Positions 1-8,145 of a stretch of DNA of 53,664 nt are shown in pieces. The stretch is taken from NCBI GenBank assembly GCA_030655055.1, contig JAURWH010000011.1, forward strand, positions 1 through 53,664, given 5' to 3'. The notes beneath the pieces were generated by a model. That model saw only the letters and a list, made by a program, of their open reading frames with translations, ran no database searches and was not told the origin of the DNA. The position numbers and the translations under genes were made by a program. Origin of the DNA: a bacterium (GTDB lineage Bacteria > Edwardsbacteria > AC1 > EtOH8). Each line of letters opens with the position of its first letter. The stretch's first letter is position 1.

Positions 1-1946
1 TCAAACAGGCCCGCTGGATCCCGGACTACGGGCTGGTCCGGGAGCTGGACTGGCTGAAGAACATGGGTGACTGGTGCATCTCCAAAAAACGCTACTGGGG
101 GCTGGCCCTGCCCATATTCCAGTGCTCCTGCGGCAACTTTGATGTGGCAGGCGGATACGAGGATCTTAAGGCCCGGGCCGTCTCCGGCTGGGATAAATTC
201 GACGGCCACACCCCGCACCGCCCCTGGGTGGATGAGATCAGGGTCAGGTGTTCCAAGTGCGGCCAGGACGCCGCCCGCATCCACGACGTGGGCAACCCCT
301 GGCTGGACGCCGGTATCGTGATGTTCTCCACGGTGATGCCTCCGGAGAAGTGCTATACCCCCGGCAAGGAAAAATCCGGAAAGTACCGCTACGATCCCTC
401 CCAGGCCTACCCGGCCAACCGGGAGTACTGGCAGCAATGGTTCCCGGCCGAGTTCATCACCGAGTGCTTTCCCGGCCAGTTCCGCAACTGGTTCTATGCC
501 ATCCTGACCATGAGCACGGTGCTGGAGGGGCGGGCGCCCTTTGAATGCCTGCTGGGCCACGCCCTGGTCAAGGACGAAAAGGGCGACGACATGCACAAGT
601 CGGCCGGCAACTCAATTCCCTTTGACGAGGCGGCCGGCAAGATCGGGGCCGACCTGATGCGCTGGGTGTTCTGCTGCCAGAACCCGGTGATAAATCTGAA
701 TTTCGGCTACCACATGGCCACCGAATTCAAACGCAAGCTGCTGACACTGCACAACGTCTATTCCTTCTACATCACCTACGCCAAGCTGGACGGGTTCGTT
801 CCTAAAGGGAAAAGCCTGGATAAATGCCAGCTGACCCTGCTGGACAACTGGATCCTTTCCGAGCTGAACCTGCTGGTCAAGAACACCCGCCAGAATCTGG
901 ACAACTACGATGCGGCCTCGGCTTGCAAGAAGCTGGAAGCATTCACCGAGGACCTCTCCACCTGGTACGTCCGGCGGTCCCGGAGGCGGTTCTGGAAATC
1001 GGAATCCGACTCCGACAAGGAGGCCGCCTACCTGACGCTGTACACCTGCCTGGAGACCCTGATAAGACTGATGTCGCCCATCATGCCGTTCTGGGCCGAG
1101 GAGATGTACCAGAACCTGGTGCGGTCAATTGACGCCACGGTACCCCAGAGCGTCCATCTAACCGCCTACCCCCAGGCCGATGAAAAGCTGATAGATCAAA
1201 AGCTTTCCCAGGAGATGGCGGTGGTCCGCAAGGTGGTCTCGCTGGGCCACGCCGCCCGCAAGGAGGCCAAGCTCAAGGTCCGCCAGCCGCTGGCCCGGCT
1301 TTTGTTCAAGGGTGATCAGGCCTCCGGGTGGGAAGCGGTGTTAAGGCACCAGGAGATCATCCGGGACGAGGTCAACGTCAAGGCGGTGGAGCAGGCGGCC
1401 GACGCCGACAGCCTGGTGGACTACCGGGCCAAGGGGCTGGTCTCCAAACTGGGTCCCAAGTTCGGCCCCAACGCCAAAGCCATAGCCGAGGAGATATTGA
1501 AACTTGACGGACGGCAGGTGAAAACATTTAAAGCCCAGGGCAAATGTTCCATTCAAATACCGGCCGGACAATTTGAGGTCGAAACCGGGGACGCGGAGAT
1601 CACCGCCGTCTCCAAGCCCGGGCTGATGGTCAAGGAGGAAGGCGGGGACCTGGCGGCTCTGGACATCACTTTGACCCCGGAGCTGACCGGCGAAGGCTGC
1701 GCCCGGGAGCTGGTGCACGGCATCCAGAACATCCGCAAGGAATCCGGCTTTGAGGTCTCCGACCGGATCACGGTCACATACAACACGGATATAGAACTGG
1801 CGGCGGCCATCAATAAATTCAAGACCTATATCATGAACGAGACCCTGGCCCTGGAACTAAAAACGGGATCGCCGGAAACAGCCGGGCAGCAGATGCAGAT
1901 CAACGGCCATCCCATCAACTTAGTCATAGAACAGGTAAAATCCTAA
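1..1946 (+). CDS. ileS: Isoleucine--tRNA ligase, C-terminal ~648 aa; the 5' end lies outside the window
   Basis: The frame is open from nt 3 (KQARWIPDYGLVRELDWLKNMGDWCISKKRYWG). It has a KMSKS-class motif (DMHKSAGNS) and a long anticodon-binding/C-terminal region. The ileS-(dksA-like)-lspA neighbourhood is a classic arrangement. Confidence 0.95.
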   Translation, partial: KQARWIPDYGLVRELDWLKNMGDWCISKKRYWGLALPIFQCSCGNFDVAGGYEDLKARAVSGWDKFDGHTPHRPWVDEIRVRCSKCGQDAARIHDVGNPWLDAGIVMFSTVMPPEKCYTPGKEKSGKYRYDPSQAYPANREYWQQWFPAEFITECFPGQFRNWFYAILTMSTVLEGRAPFECLLGHALVKDEKGDDMHKSAGNSIPFDEAAGKIGADLMRWVFCCQNPVINLNFGYHMATEFKRKLLTLHNVYSFYITYAKLDGFVPKGKSLDKCQLTLLDNWILSELNLLVKNTRQNLDNYDAASACKKLEAFTEDLSTWYVRRSRRRFWKSESDSDKEAAYLTLYTCLETLIRLMSPIMPFWAEEMYQNLVRSIDATVPQSVHLTAYPQADEKLIDQKLSQEMAVVRKVVSLGHAARKEAKLKVRQPLARLLFKGDQASGWEAVLRHQEIIRDEVNVKAVEQAADADSLVDYRAKGLVSKLGPKFGPNAKAIAEEILKLDGRQVKTFKAQGKCSIQIPAGQFEVETGDAEITAVSKPGLMVKEEGGDLAALDITLTPELTGEGCARELVHGIQNIRKESGFEVSDRITVTYNTDIELAAAINKFKTYIMNETLALELKTGSPETAGQQMQINGHPINLVIEQVKS

Positions 1947-1964
1947 GGAGGTATCAAACCCGGT

Positions 1965-2360
1965 ATGAACAAAAAAGAACTGCAGAAATTCGAGAACATC
2001 CTGCTGGACGAAAGAAAGCGCTTCATCACCGAACTGGCTCAGATCAAAAGCGAGGGACTGATGGCCAGCCAGAAGGAATCTTCCGGGGACCTGTCCTCGG
2101 CCTCCTATCATCCGGCCGACCAGGGTTCCGACACCATGGAAAAGGAAAAGAGCGTGTTCCTGGCCTCCAGCAAGGGCAACGAGCTCTACGAGATCGACCA
2201 GGCCCTGATGCGGGCCAAGGATGGCAAGTTCGGGATCTGCGACAGCTGCGGCAAAGAGGTGGATCCGGCCAGGCTGGAAGCCATGCCCTACGCCCGATAC
2301 TGCATCAAATGCAGCCGCCAGGCCGAACAGGTGATCAAGAACGGCAACAAGGAACAATAA
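1965..2360 (+). CDS. DksA/TraR-family C4 zinc-finger protein
   Basis: 131 aa with a C-terminal CDSCGKEVDPARLEAMPYARYCIKC four-Cys finger. An AAGGAGG RBS lies upstream. Confidence 0.8.
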   Translation: MNKKELQKFENILLDERKRFITELAQIKSEGLMASQKESSGDLSSASYHPADQGSDTMEKEKSVFLASSKGNELYEIDQALMRAKDGKFGICDSCGKEVDPARLEAMPYARYCIKCSRQAEQVIKNGNKEQ

Positions 2361-2369
2361 GGGGCCTTT

Positions 2370-2930
2370 GTGACAGAACTACGACTGCGCAACCGCATCG
2401 TCATAATAGCGGTGACCCTGGGGGTGTTCGTGCTGGACCGCTGGACCAAGCTTTTGGTGGAATCCCGCCTGGCCCTGGGAGAAAGCCATGAAGTGCTGGG
2501 CCAGACCCTGCAGTTCACCCATATCACCAACAGCAACGGAGTGATGGGCATTTCCTTCGGCCCCTTCAGCCGCTACCTGATGCTGCCCCTGTCTCTTTTG
2601 GCCATCACCGCCATAGTGTATTTTTATCTCCGCAGCCAGAGCCGGAGCCTGCTGGCGGCATTGGCCACCGGCTCCATCCTGGGCGGGGCGGCCGGCAACA
2701 TGCTGGACCGGTTCCGCACCGGGGCGGTGACGGACTTCATAGACTGCGACATGCCGGATATCATCATCCACCCGTTCCAGGCGGGGATCCTGAGATTTTC
2801 GGGCTTTTACCTGGACCGCTGGTACACCTTTAACATCGCCGACAGCGCGGTGATGGTGGGGGTGGCCCTGATGATTGTTATTACCATAAAAGAAGAGTAC
2901 CGGGCCGATGCCGGTATCGCGGACAAATAA
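2370..2930 (+). CDS. lspA: Lipoprotein signal peptidase (signal peptidase II)
   Basis: GTG start, 186 aa, four hydrophobic segments. LspA-like blocks are present: VLDRWTK, NSNGVMG, GGAAGNMLDR, FNIADSAV. Confidence 0.9.
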   Translation: MTELRLRNRIVIIAVTLGVFVLDRWTKLLVESRLALGESHEVLGQTLQFTHITNSNGVMGISFGPFSRYLMLPLSLLAITAIVYFYLRSQSRSLLAALATGSILGGAAGNMLDRFRTGAVTDFIDCDMPDIIIHPFQAGILRFSGFYLDRWYTFNIADSAVMVGVALMIVITIKEEYRADAGIADK

Positions 2931-2958
2931 TAAACCAGCAAAATATTCTTCCCAACCG

Positions 2959-5409
2959 ATGATAAAAATCCGGAGACATAGGCGGCGGCCCTTGGGGTAT
3001 TGGCCGCTGTTTCTGTTTTTGGCGGCCTTCAGCATGACGGCCGCCCCGGATTTGCTATGGGGACAAACCTCTCCTCTTCCGGCAGAAACAGGGGCCGCCG
3101 ACTCGCTGGCTGCCGGTCCGGGCGCAACAGATTATCCTGCCTTGCCGGATTCTGTAAAACCCAAAAAAGACACCACCGCCAAAGCTGTTTCCAACGAATG
3201 GGGCCTGGCCAATGACGACACCACCAAAACCGCCATCCGCTACCAGGCCGACCTGATAGACTACCGGCTGGACCTGAGCCTGATCAGCCTGACCGGAAAG
3301 GCTGAGGTGCGATACAAGGAGATAAAAGTTACCGGGGACAGCATCAGCCTGGACACCAAGAACCAGATGCTGACGGTGGACCAAAGCCCGGTGCTGTATG
3401 ACGGCAACGAGCCCATCAGGGGAGACCGGATGGTATATGATTTCAAGACCCGGCTGGGCTGGATATACAACGGCAACACCGATTTCAACAAGGGCCGCTA
3501 CTGGGGCCGCCGGGTCCGCCAGGTGGACGACCGGGTGCTCAACATAGACCAGGGCCGATACACCACCTGCGACTGCGATACCCCGCATTTTTACTTCTGG
3601 TCGCGGCAGATGAAGATCTACCTTAATGACAAGATCGTGGCCCAGCCGGTATTGTTGTGCTTTAAGGGGATCCCGGTGCTGGCCATACCTTTCTGGTTCT
3701 TTCCCATGCGCAAGGAGCGGCATTCCGGCTTTTTGATGCCCCGGTTCGGCAGCAACAACTACGAGGGGGCCTTCGTCAAGAACCTGGCCTATTACCAGGT
3801 GTTCAACGACCAATCAGACGCCACCGCCTCGGCCGATTTTCTGGAGAACATCGGCTGGCGCGGCAATTTTGAGGCCCGTTACATGATGCCCCCCCGGTTC
3901 TCCTCCACTTTGAATTTTTCCTACCAGAACGACCAGAACACCGGTTACCAGCGCTGGAGCCTGAACGGATTATACAGCCAGATACTGGGCAAGAGGACCT
4001 ATCTAAACGGCAACGCCAATTTCGTCAGCGACCGGAATTATTACACCGATTTTTCCGACAACCGCACCGTCCGGATGGACCGCAACCTGCATTCCTACCT
4101 GGCCCTCAACACCCCCTTGTCCACCATCGCCAGCCTGACCGGGGCGGTTGATCACTACAACAACCTGGAAACTGAGACCAAAAGCAGCCGGTTGCCGGAA
4201 GTCACCGTCAGCCTTTACCGCAAGGACATCATCAAGGGCTTGCTGGGATTTTCAGGGACCTCCCACTTTCTGGCTACGGACAAGCGGGATACGCTGATGA
4301 CCGAAAAACACCAGGGATGGGAAAATAACATCAATTTGGATGCCACCTTCAATGTTTTACGTTGGATAAACCTGAATCCCAACGCAAGAATATCGGGGAC
4401 CTGGTACGACCGCGACACCAGCCAGAACCGCAACGCCCTGCGCTGGCTGTACAGCGGGGGGGTGGGCGCCAGTACCACCCTCTATGGTTTGCTGGATTTC
4501 GGAGACCGCAAACTTAAGGCCCTGCGTCACGTGGTAAAACCACAGGCCTCATTCTCCTATTCTCCCAAGATAGACCAGGGCAGGTTCGACAGCTTTTTGG
4601 GAGGAGGCCAGGGGGAGAGCAAATCAATGAGTCTTTCCCTGAGCCAGCAGTTCCAGGCTAAGTTTAAAAAGGATACCACGGAACAAAAGATAGACCTGCT
4701 GACAATATCCTCCGGCACCAGTTACAATTTTCTGGCCACGGGCGACAAATGGGGCAGTCTGACCAGTTTTCTCCAGGTTCTGCCATATGTCAGTCCTTTG
4801 GACTGCCAGTTCTCCTGGGAATACAACTTTTACCAGAAAAGGAACCAGTGGGCCAGGCTGGACATGAGTTACGGACTTTCCGGTAGTTGGCTGGGATGGC
4901 TTGAGCCCAAGGACTCGGTCCTGGCCAAACCAGATAGCGCCGATTCCGCCGCCGCAGTAATGCCAACCGATACACTGGCCCGGCCAGAAGCCTGGCCGGC
5001 CGACAGTTTGCCCTTGCCGGGCGGCGACAGTTTGGGGGCTGAAACTGATACCGCTGCTGTTCCCGCCCCGGTCCAGGCCCCGTCCAAGGGCCTGCCCTGG
5101 TCCATTAATCTTGGGTTCGGTCAGAATTGGCTGAAAAATATGGGGGTTTCAGGTTCAGACCTGAACGGGTCTGCCAATTTCAACCTGACCAAGAACTGGA
5201 ACATCAGCTACCACCGTTACTATAACATCAAGACCGGCGAGATGATATCCCAGGACTATTCCCTGTTCCGGGACCTTCATTGCTGGGAGGCCAGGTTCTC
5301 CAGCAGCAAAAGCCAGAATAATTGGTCGTACATGTTCGTGATCAGATTGAAGGCCATTCCCGAAGTAAAATTGGAGAACAAGTCGGGCCGGGTGGTAGGG
5401 TATCAGTAA
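2959..5409 (+). CDS. lptD: LPS-assembly outer-membrane protein LptD/OstA family
   Basis: It has a signal peptide (WPLFLFLAAFSMTAAP) and an OstA-like N-terminal beta-jellyroll pattern. The LptD-type block YTTCDCDTPHFYFWSRQMKIY...IPVLAIPFWFFP is present, followed by a long Y/W/N-rich barrel region. I took the ATG at 2959; the ORF-track start at 2908 overlaps lspA. Confidence 0.75.
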   Translation: MIKIRRHRRRPLGYWPLFLFLAAFSMTAAPDLLWGQTSPLPAETGAADSLAAGPGATDYPALPDSVKPKKDTTAKAVSNEWGLANDDTTKTAIRYQADLIDYRLDLSLISLTGKAEVRYKEIKVTGDSISLDTKNQMLTVDQSPVLYDGNEPIRGDRMVYDFKTRLGWIYNGNTDFNKGRYWGRRVRQVDDRVLNIDQGRYTTCDCDTPHFYFWSRQMKIYLNDKIVAQPVLLCFKGIPVLAIPFWFFPMRKERHSGFLMPRFGSNNYEGAFVKNLAYYQVFNDQSDATASADFLENIGWRGNFEARYMMPPRFSSTLNFSYQNDQNTGYQRWSLNGLYSQILGKRTYLNGNANFVSDRNYYTDFSDNRTVRMDRNLHSYLALNTPLSTIASLTGAVDHYNNLETETKSSRLPEVTVSLYRKDIIKGLLGFSGTSHFLATDKRDTLMTEKHQGWENNINLDATFNVLRWINLNPNARISGTWYDRDTSQNRNALRWLYSGGVGASTTLYGLLDFGDRKLKALRHVVKPQASFSYSPKIDQGRFDSFLGGGQGESKSMSLSLSQQFQAKFKKDTTEQKIDLLTISSGTSYNFLATGDKWGSLTSFLQVLPYVSPLDCQFSWEYNFYQKRNQWARLDMSYGLSGSWLGWLEPKDSVLAKPDSADSAAAVMPTDTLARPEAWPADSLPLPGGDSLGAETDTAAVPAPVQAPSKGLPWSINLGFGQNWLKNMGVSGSDLNGSANFNLTKNWNISYHRYYNIKTGEMISQDYSLFRDLHCWEARFSSSKSQNNWSYMFVIRLKAIPEVKLENKSGRVVGYQ

Positions 5410-5425
5410 AACCGCCAGATTTAGC

Positions 5426-5455
5426 TTGACAAACGTTACATTTTTATGCTATCTT
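5426..5455 (+). promoter_or_regulatory. Sigma70-like promoter (TTGACA-N18-TATCTT) upstream of the first M23 gene
   Basis: -35 at 5426-5431 and -10 at 5450-5455. Confidence 0.4.
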
Positions 5456-5513
5456 TATACTGGGCCTGAAGCCTATTTAGGTTTTCAGCTATTTTTCCAT
5501 TTAATAAAGACTT

Positions 5514-6437
5514 ATGGCCATCAAGGACAAGACATATCTAACCCTGATAATCGTACCGCATCAAAGCGGCCGGACCGTCACTTTAAGGCTGCCCACTTGG
5601 GCGGCCAAGACTCTGGCGGTTTTAGCCGTGTTCATTGTATTGGGCCTGGTCGGTGTTACCACCGGCTACGTCGGCAAGTTCGTGGATGCCTCCATGCTGC
5701 AGACCCTGAAACTTGAGAACCGGATATTAAGGGACAAGGTTTCGGAATTCGGGAACAGTCTGGCCGGATTGCAGGACCAGATCAACGAATTTGTCAACTT
5801 CGATTCCAAGGTCCGGATGATGACCGGTCTGTCTCCCATCGACCCGGATGTCCGGAGGGTGGGGGTGGGCGGTTTTGCTCCGGCTCCATTGCCCGAGGGG
5901 ATCACCCCCGGAACCGCCGCCAGCCTGCAAACAGTGCAGCAGGACCTGGAGAAGCTGGACCGGGAGGCCCGCCTGCAGCTGGAAAGTTTTGAAGCCATTG
6001 TTTCCGCCTTAAGCGAAAAACAGGAGATGTGGAACCATCTTCCCTCGATCCAGCCCACCCCGGGATGGATCATCAGCACCTTCGGCGTGCGGCGCGACCC
6101 GCTGGTGGGCGAGCTTAGAATGCACGAGGGGATAGACATCTCCGGCCCCGATGGGACCATCATTGCGGCTCCGGCCGCCGGGTCGGTCAAGTTCGTTGGT
6201 TACCGCAACAACTACGGCCTTTGTCTGGAACTGGACCATGGGTACGGCATCACCACCAGGTTTGCCCATTGCTCCCTCATCAAAGTATCGGTGGGGCAGA
6301 ATGTGAGCCGGGGGCAGGTAGTGGCTCTGGTGGGCCAGACCGGCCGGGTGACCGGGCCCCATCTGCATTACGAAGTGATGGTCAACGGACAGCCCAAAGA
6401 TCCCACCAGCTATATCCTGGCCGCCCGGATGTTTTGA
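5514..6437 (+). CDS. Membrane-anchored M23 family metallopeptidase
   Basis: N-terminal TM segment, coiled-coil region, and M23 catalytic motifs HEGIDI ... GPHLHYEV. Confidence 0.9.
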   Translation: MAIKDKTYLTLIIVPHQSGRTVTLRLPTWAAKTLAVLAVFIVLGLVGVTTGYVGKFVDASMLQTLKLENRILRDKVSEFGNSLAGLQDQINEFVNFDSKVRMMTGLSPIDPDVRRVGVGGFAPAPLPEGITPGTAASLQTVQQDLEKLDREARLQLESFEAIVSALSEKQEMWNHLPSIQPTPGWIISTFGVRRDPLVGELRMHEGIDISGPDGTIIAAPAAGSVKFVGYRNNYGLCLELDHGYGITTRFAHCSLIKVSVGQNVSRGQVVALVGQTGRVTGPHLHYEVMVNGQPKDPTSYILAARMF

Positions 6438-6514
6438 TCCTGTTTGTCCCAGGTATTTTTTCCCAGTTCATTTTATGGTATAATGGACTGGGTTTTTTTA
6501 TGGCCGGGGGCACC

Positions 6515-6560
6515 TTGCCACAAAGACACAGAGACACAAAGGCACTAAACACACAGAGGG
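6515..6560. repeat. CACARAGA 8-mer periodic repeat copy
   Basis: TTGCCACAAAGACACAGAGACACAAAGGCACTAAACACACAGAGGG lies between the first M23 gene and the CapA gene. Confidence 0.6.
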
Positions 6561-6585
6561 AAAATATATTGCATAAGGTATTTTA

Positions 6586-7611
6586 ATGAAAATCCTGTTT
6601 TTATCAACCATTATGTTTTTTATCAGCCTGGCAAAGGTTTCGGCACAGAGCGATTCCGGCAGGGTTTCCATCCTGGCGGTGGGTGATGTGATGACCGGCG
6701 GGAGCATGGCGCCCTGGGTCAACGACAGCGGGCCGGATTATCCCTTCAGCAATACCCGGTCCTTGATACAACAGGCAGATATCGCCGTCTGTAATCTGGA
6801 GGCGCCTTACGGCACCAAGGGGAAAGCTTTCGACAAGAAGTTCACCTTCCTGGTCCCGCCCCGGCTGGCCGCCGGCATAAAGGAAGCCGGTTTCGACGTG
6901 GTGGCCATGGCCAACAACCATATGATGGACTATGGCCCGGAGCCGCTTAAAGCCACGCTGGTTCTGTTGGATTCATTAGGCATAGCCCACAGCGGGGCGG
7001 GGATGACCCTGGCCGGGGCCAGGAAGCCTGCCATTGTGGAAAGAAACGGGATCAAAGTGGCTTTTCTCTCCTATTCCCGGGTGCATCCCACCCAGTTCTG
7101 GGCCACGGCCCAGAAGGCCGGAACCGCCCCGGCCTACGAAAACCAGATAAAAGAGGACATTCAAACCTCCAAGGAGCTGGCGGACCTGGTGGTCGTTTCC
7201 TTTCACTGGGGGGCCGAGCTGATGGACACCACCAAGCTTTATCAAAGGACCCTGGCCCATTTCTGCATCGACCAGGGGGCGGATCTGGTGCTGGGGCACC
7301 ATCCCCACATCCTCCAGGGGATGGAGCTTTACCAGGGCAAACTGATCGCCTACAGCCTGGGGAATTTCGCCTTCGGCTCGCGCAGCCGGAAATGCACCGA
7401 GAGCGTGATCCTTAAAACAGAGTTCGATTCCACTGGGTTAAAACGGATCGAACTGGTGCCGCTGTGCGTGGACAACAACCGGGTGTTCTTTAAGCCCACA
7501 CCTTTATCCGGGCCGGAAGGGTTGGCCGTGCTGTCAAACCTGGCCCGGCTTTCAAGGGACCTGGGGTTTGAGTTTGTGCCCAGCGACAGCACGGCGGTGG
7601 TGGAGTTCTGA
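6586..7611 (+). CDS. CapA/PGA_cap-family metallophosphoesterase-like protein (poly-gamma-glutamate capsule family), secreted
   Basis: Signal peptide MKILFLSTIMFFISLAKVSAQ. Family blocks ILAVGDVM, CNLE, ANNHMMDYG, SFHWG, GHHPH are present. Confidence 0.8.
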   Translation: MKILFLSTIMFFISLAKVSAQSDSGRVSILAVGDVMTGGSMAPWVNDSGPDYPFSNTRSLIQQADIAVCNLEAPYGTKGKAFDKKFTFLVPPRLAAGIKEAGFDVVAMANNHMMDYGPEPLKATLVLLDSLGIAHSGAGMTLAGARKPAIVERNGIKVAFLSYSRVHPTQFWATAQKAGTAPAYENQIKEDIQTSKELADLVVVSFHWGAELMDTTKLYQRTLAHFCIDQGADLVLGHHPHILQGMELYQGKLIAYSLGNFAFGSRSRKCTESVILKTEFDSTGLKRIELVPLCVDNNRVFFKPTPLSGPEGLAVLSNLARLSRDLGFEFVPSDSTAVVEF

Positions 7612-7623
7612 GATCTTTTATCC

Positions 7624-7652
7624 TTGATTTTGGGGCTGTTTGATGCTAAAAT
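7624..7652 (+). promoter_or_regulatory. Sigma70-like promoter (TTGATT-N17-TAAAAT) upstream of the ferredoxin-AOR pair
   Basis: -35 at 7624-7629 and -10 at 7647-7652. Confidence 0.4.
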
Positions 7653-7711
7653 GAAAATCCAATATCTGAAAAATCCAAAATAATCATATAAACCACACGA
7701 GGTCAAACCAA

Positions 7712-8095
7712 ATGAAGTATCTCAAGACCAGTCCGGCCATATGCAAGGGGGTGCGGGCCTGCGAGAAGATATGCTCCAAGACCTTCTTCAAGACCGAGGA
7801 TCCGTCCAAATCGGCCATCCAGGTCAAGGAAGCGGACGGAAAGTTGGAGATCAATGTCTGCAACCAGTGCGGGGAGTGCATGCCGGTCTGTCCGGTGGTG
7901 GCCCTCAAGCGCAACAAGCAGGGGGTGGTGATGCTGGACAAGAAGCTGTGCGTGGGCTGCCTGATGTGCGTGGGCTACTGTCCCACCCTTTCCATGCGGA
8001 CCCATCCCGAGCTGAGGGAGCCCTTCAAGTGCGTGGCCTGCGGGGCCTGCGTCAAGGCCTGCCCCGAGAAAGCCCTGGAGATCGCAGAACGGTAA
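7712..8095 (+). CDS. 4Fe-4S polyferredoxin
   Basis: Three CxxCxxCxxxCP motifs (CNQCGECMPVCP, CVGCLMCVGYCP, CVACGACVKACP) plus an N-terminal Cys cluster. It sits directly upstream of the AOR gene. Confidence 0.85.
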   Translation: MKYLKTSPAICKGVRACEKICSKTFFKTEDPSKSAIQVKEADGKLEINVCNQCGECMPVCPVVALKRNKQGVVMLDKKLCVGCLMCVGYCPTLSMRTHPELREPFKCVACGACVKACPEKALEIAER

Positions 8096-8109
8096 TCTTA
8101 TAACAGTAA

Positions 8110-8129
8110 GGGCACGATGCATCGTGCCC
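8110..8129 (+). promoter_or_regulatory. Perfect 20-nt palindrome/hairpin between the ferredoxin and AOR genes
   Basis: GGGCACGATGCATCGTGCCC equals its own reverse complement. It lies 15 nt after the ferredoxin stop and 17 nt before the AOR ATG. Confidence 0.5.
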
Positions 8130-8145
8130 CAACCAGGAGGGAACC

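Noticed and set aside
2908-2958. ORF-track N-terminal extensions (lptD 2908, dtd 10527, rpsO 11112, TPR 21132, tdh 22600, satP 23741, acpS 25036, GNAT 29358, M23 31279, A 33177, B1 36851, C2 41534, porin 48545, pstS 49960, 712-aa protein 44940)
   Set aside because: In each case an internal ATG preceded by a Shine-Dalgarno-like sequence gives a protein that starts at the family-typical N-terminus or signal peptide. The extension crosses a terminator, a repeat or the upstream gene.
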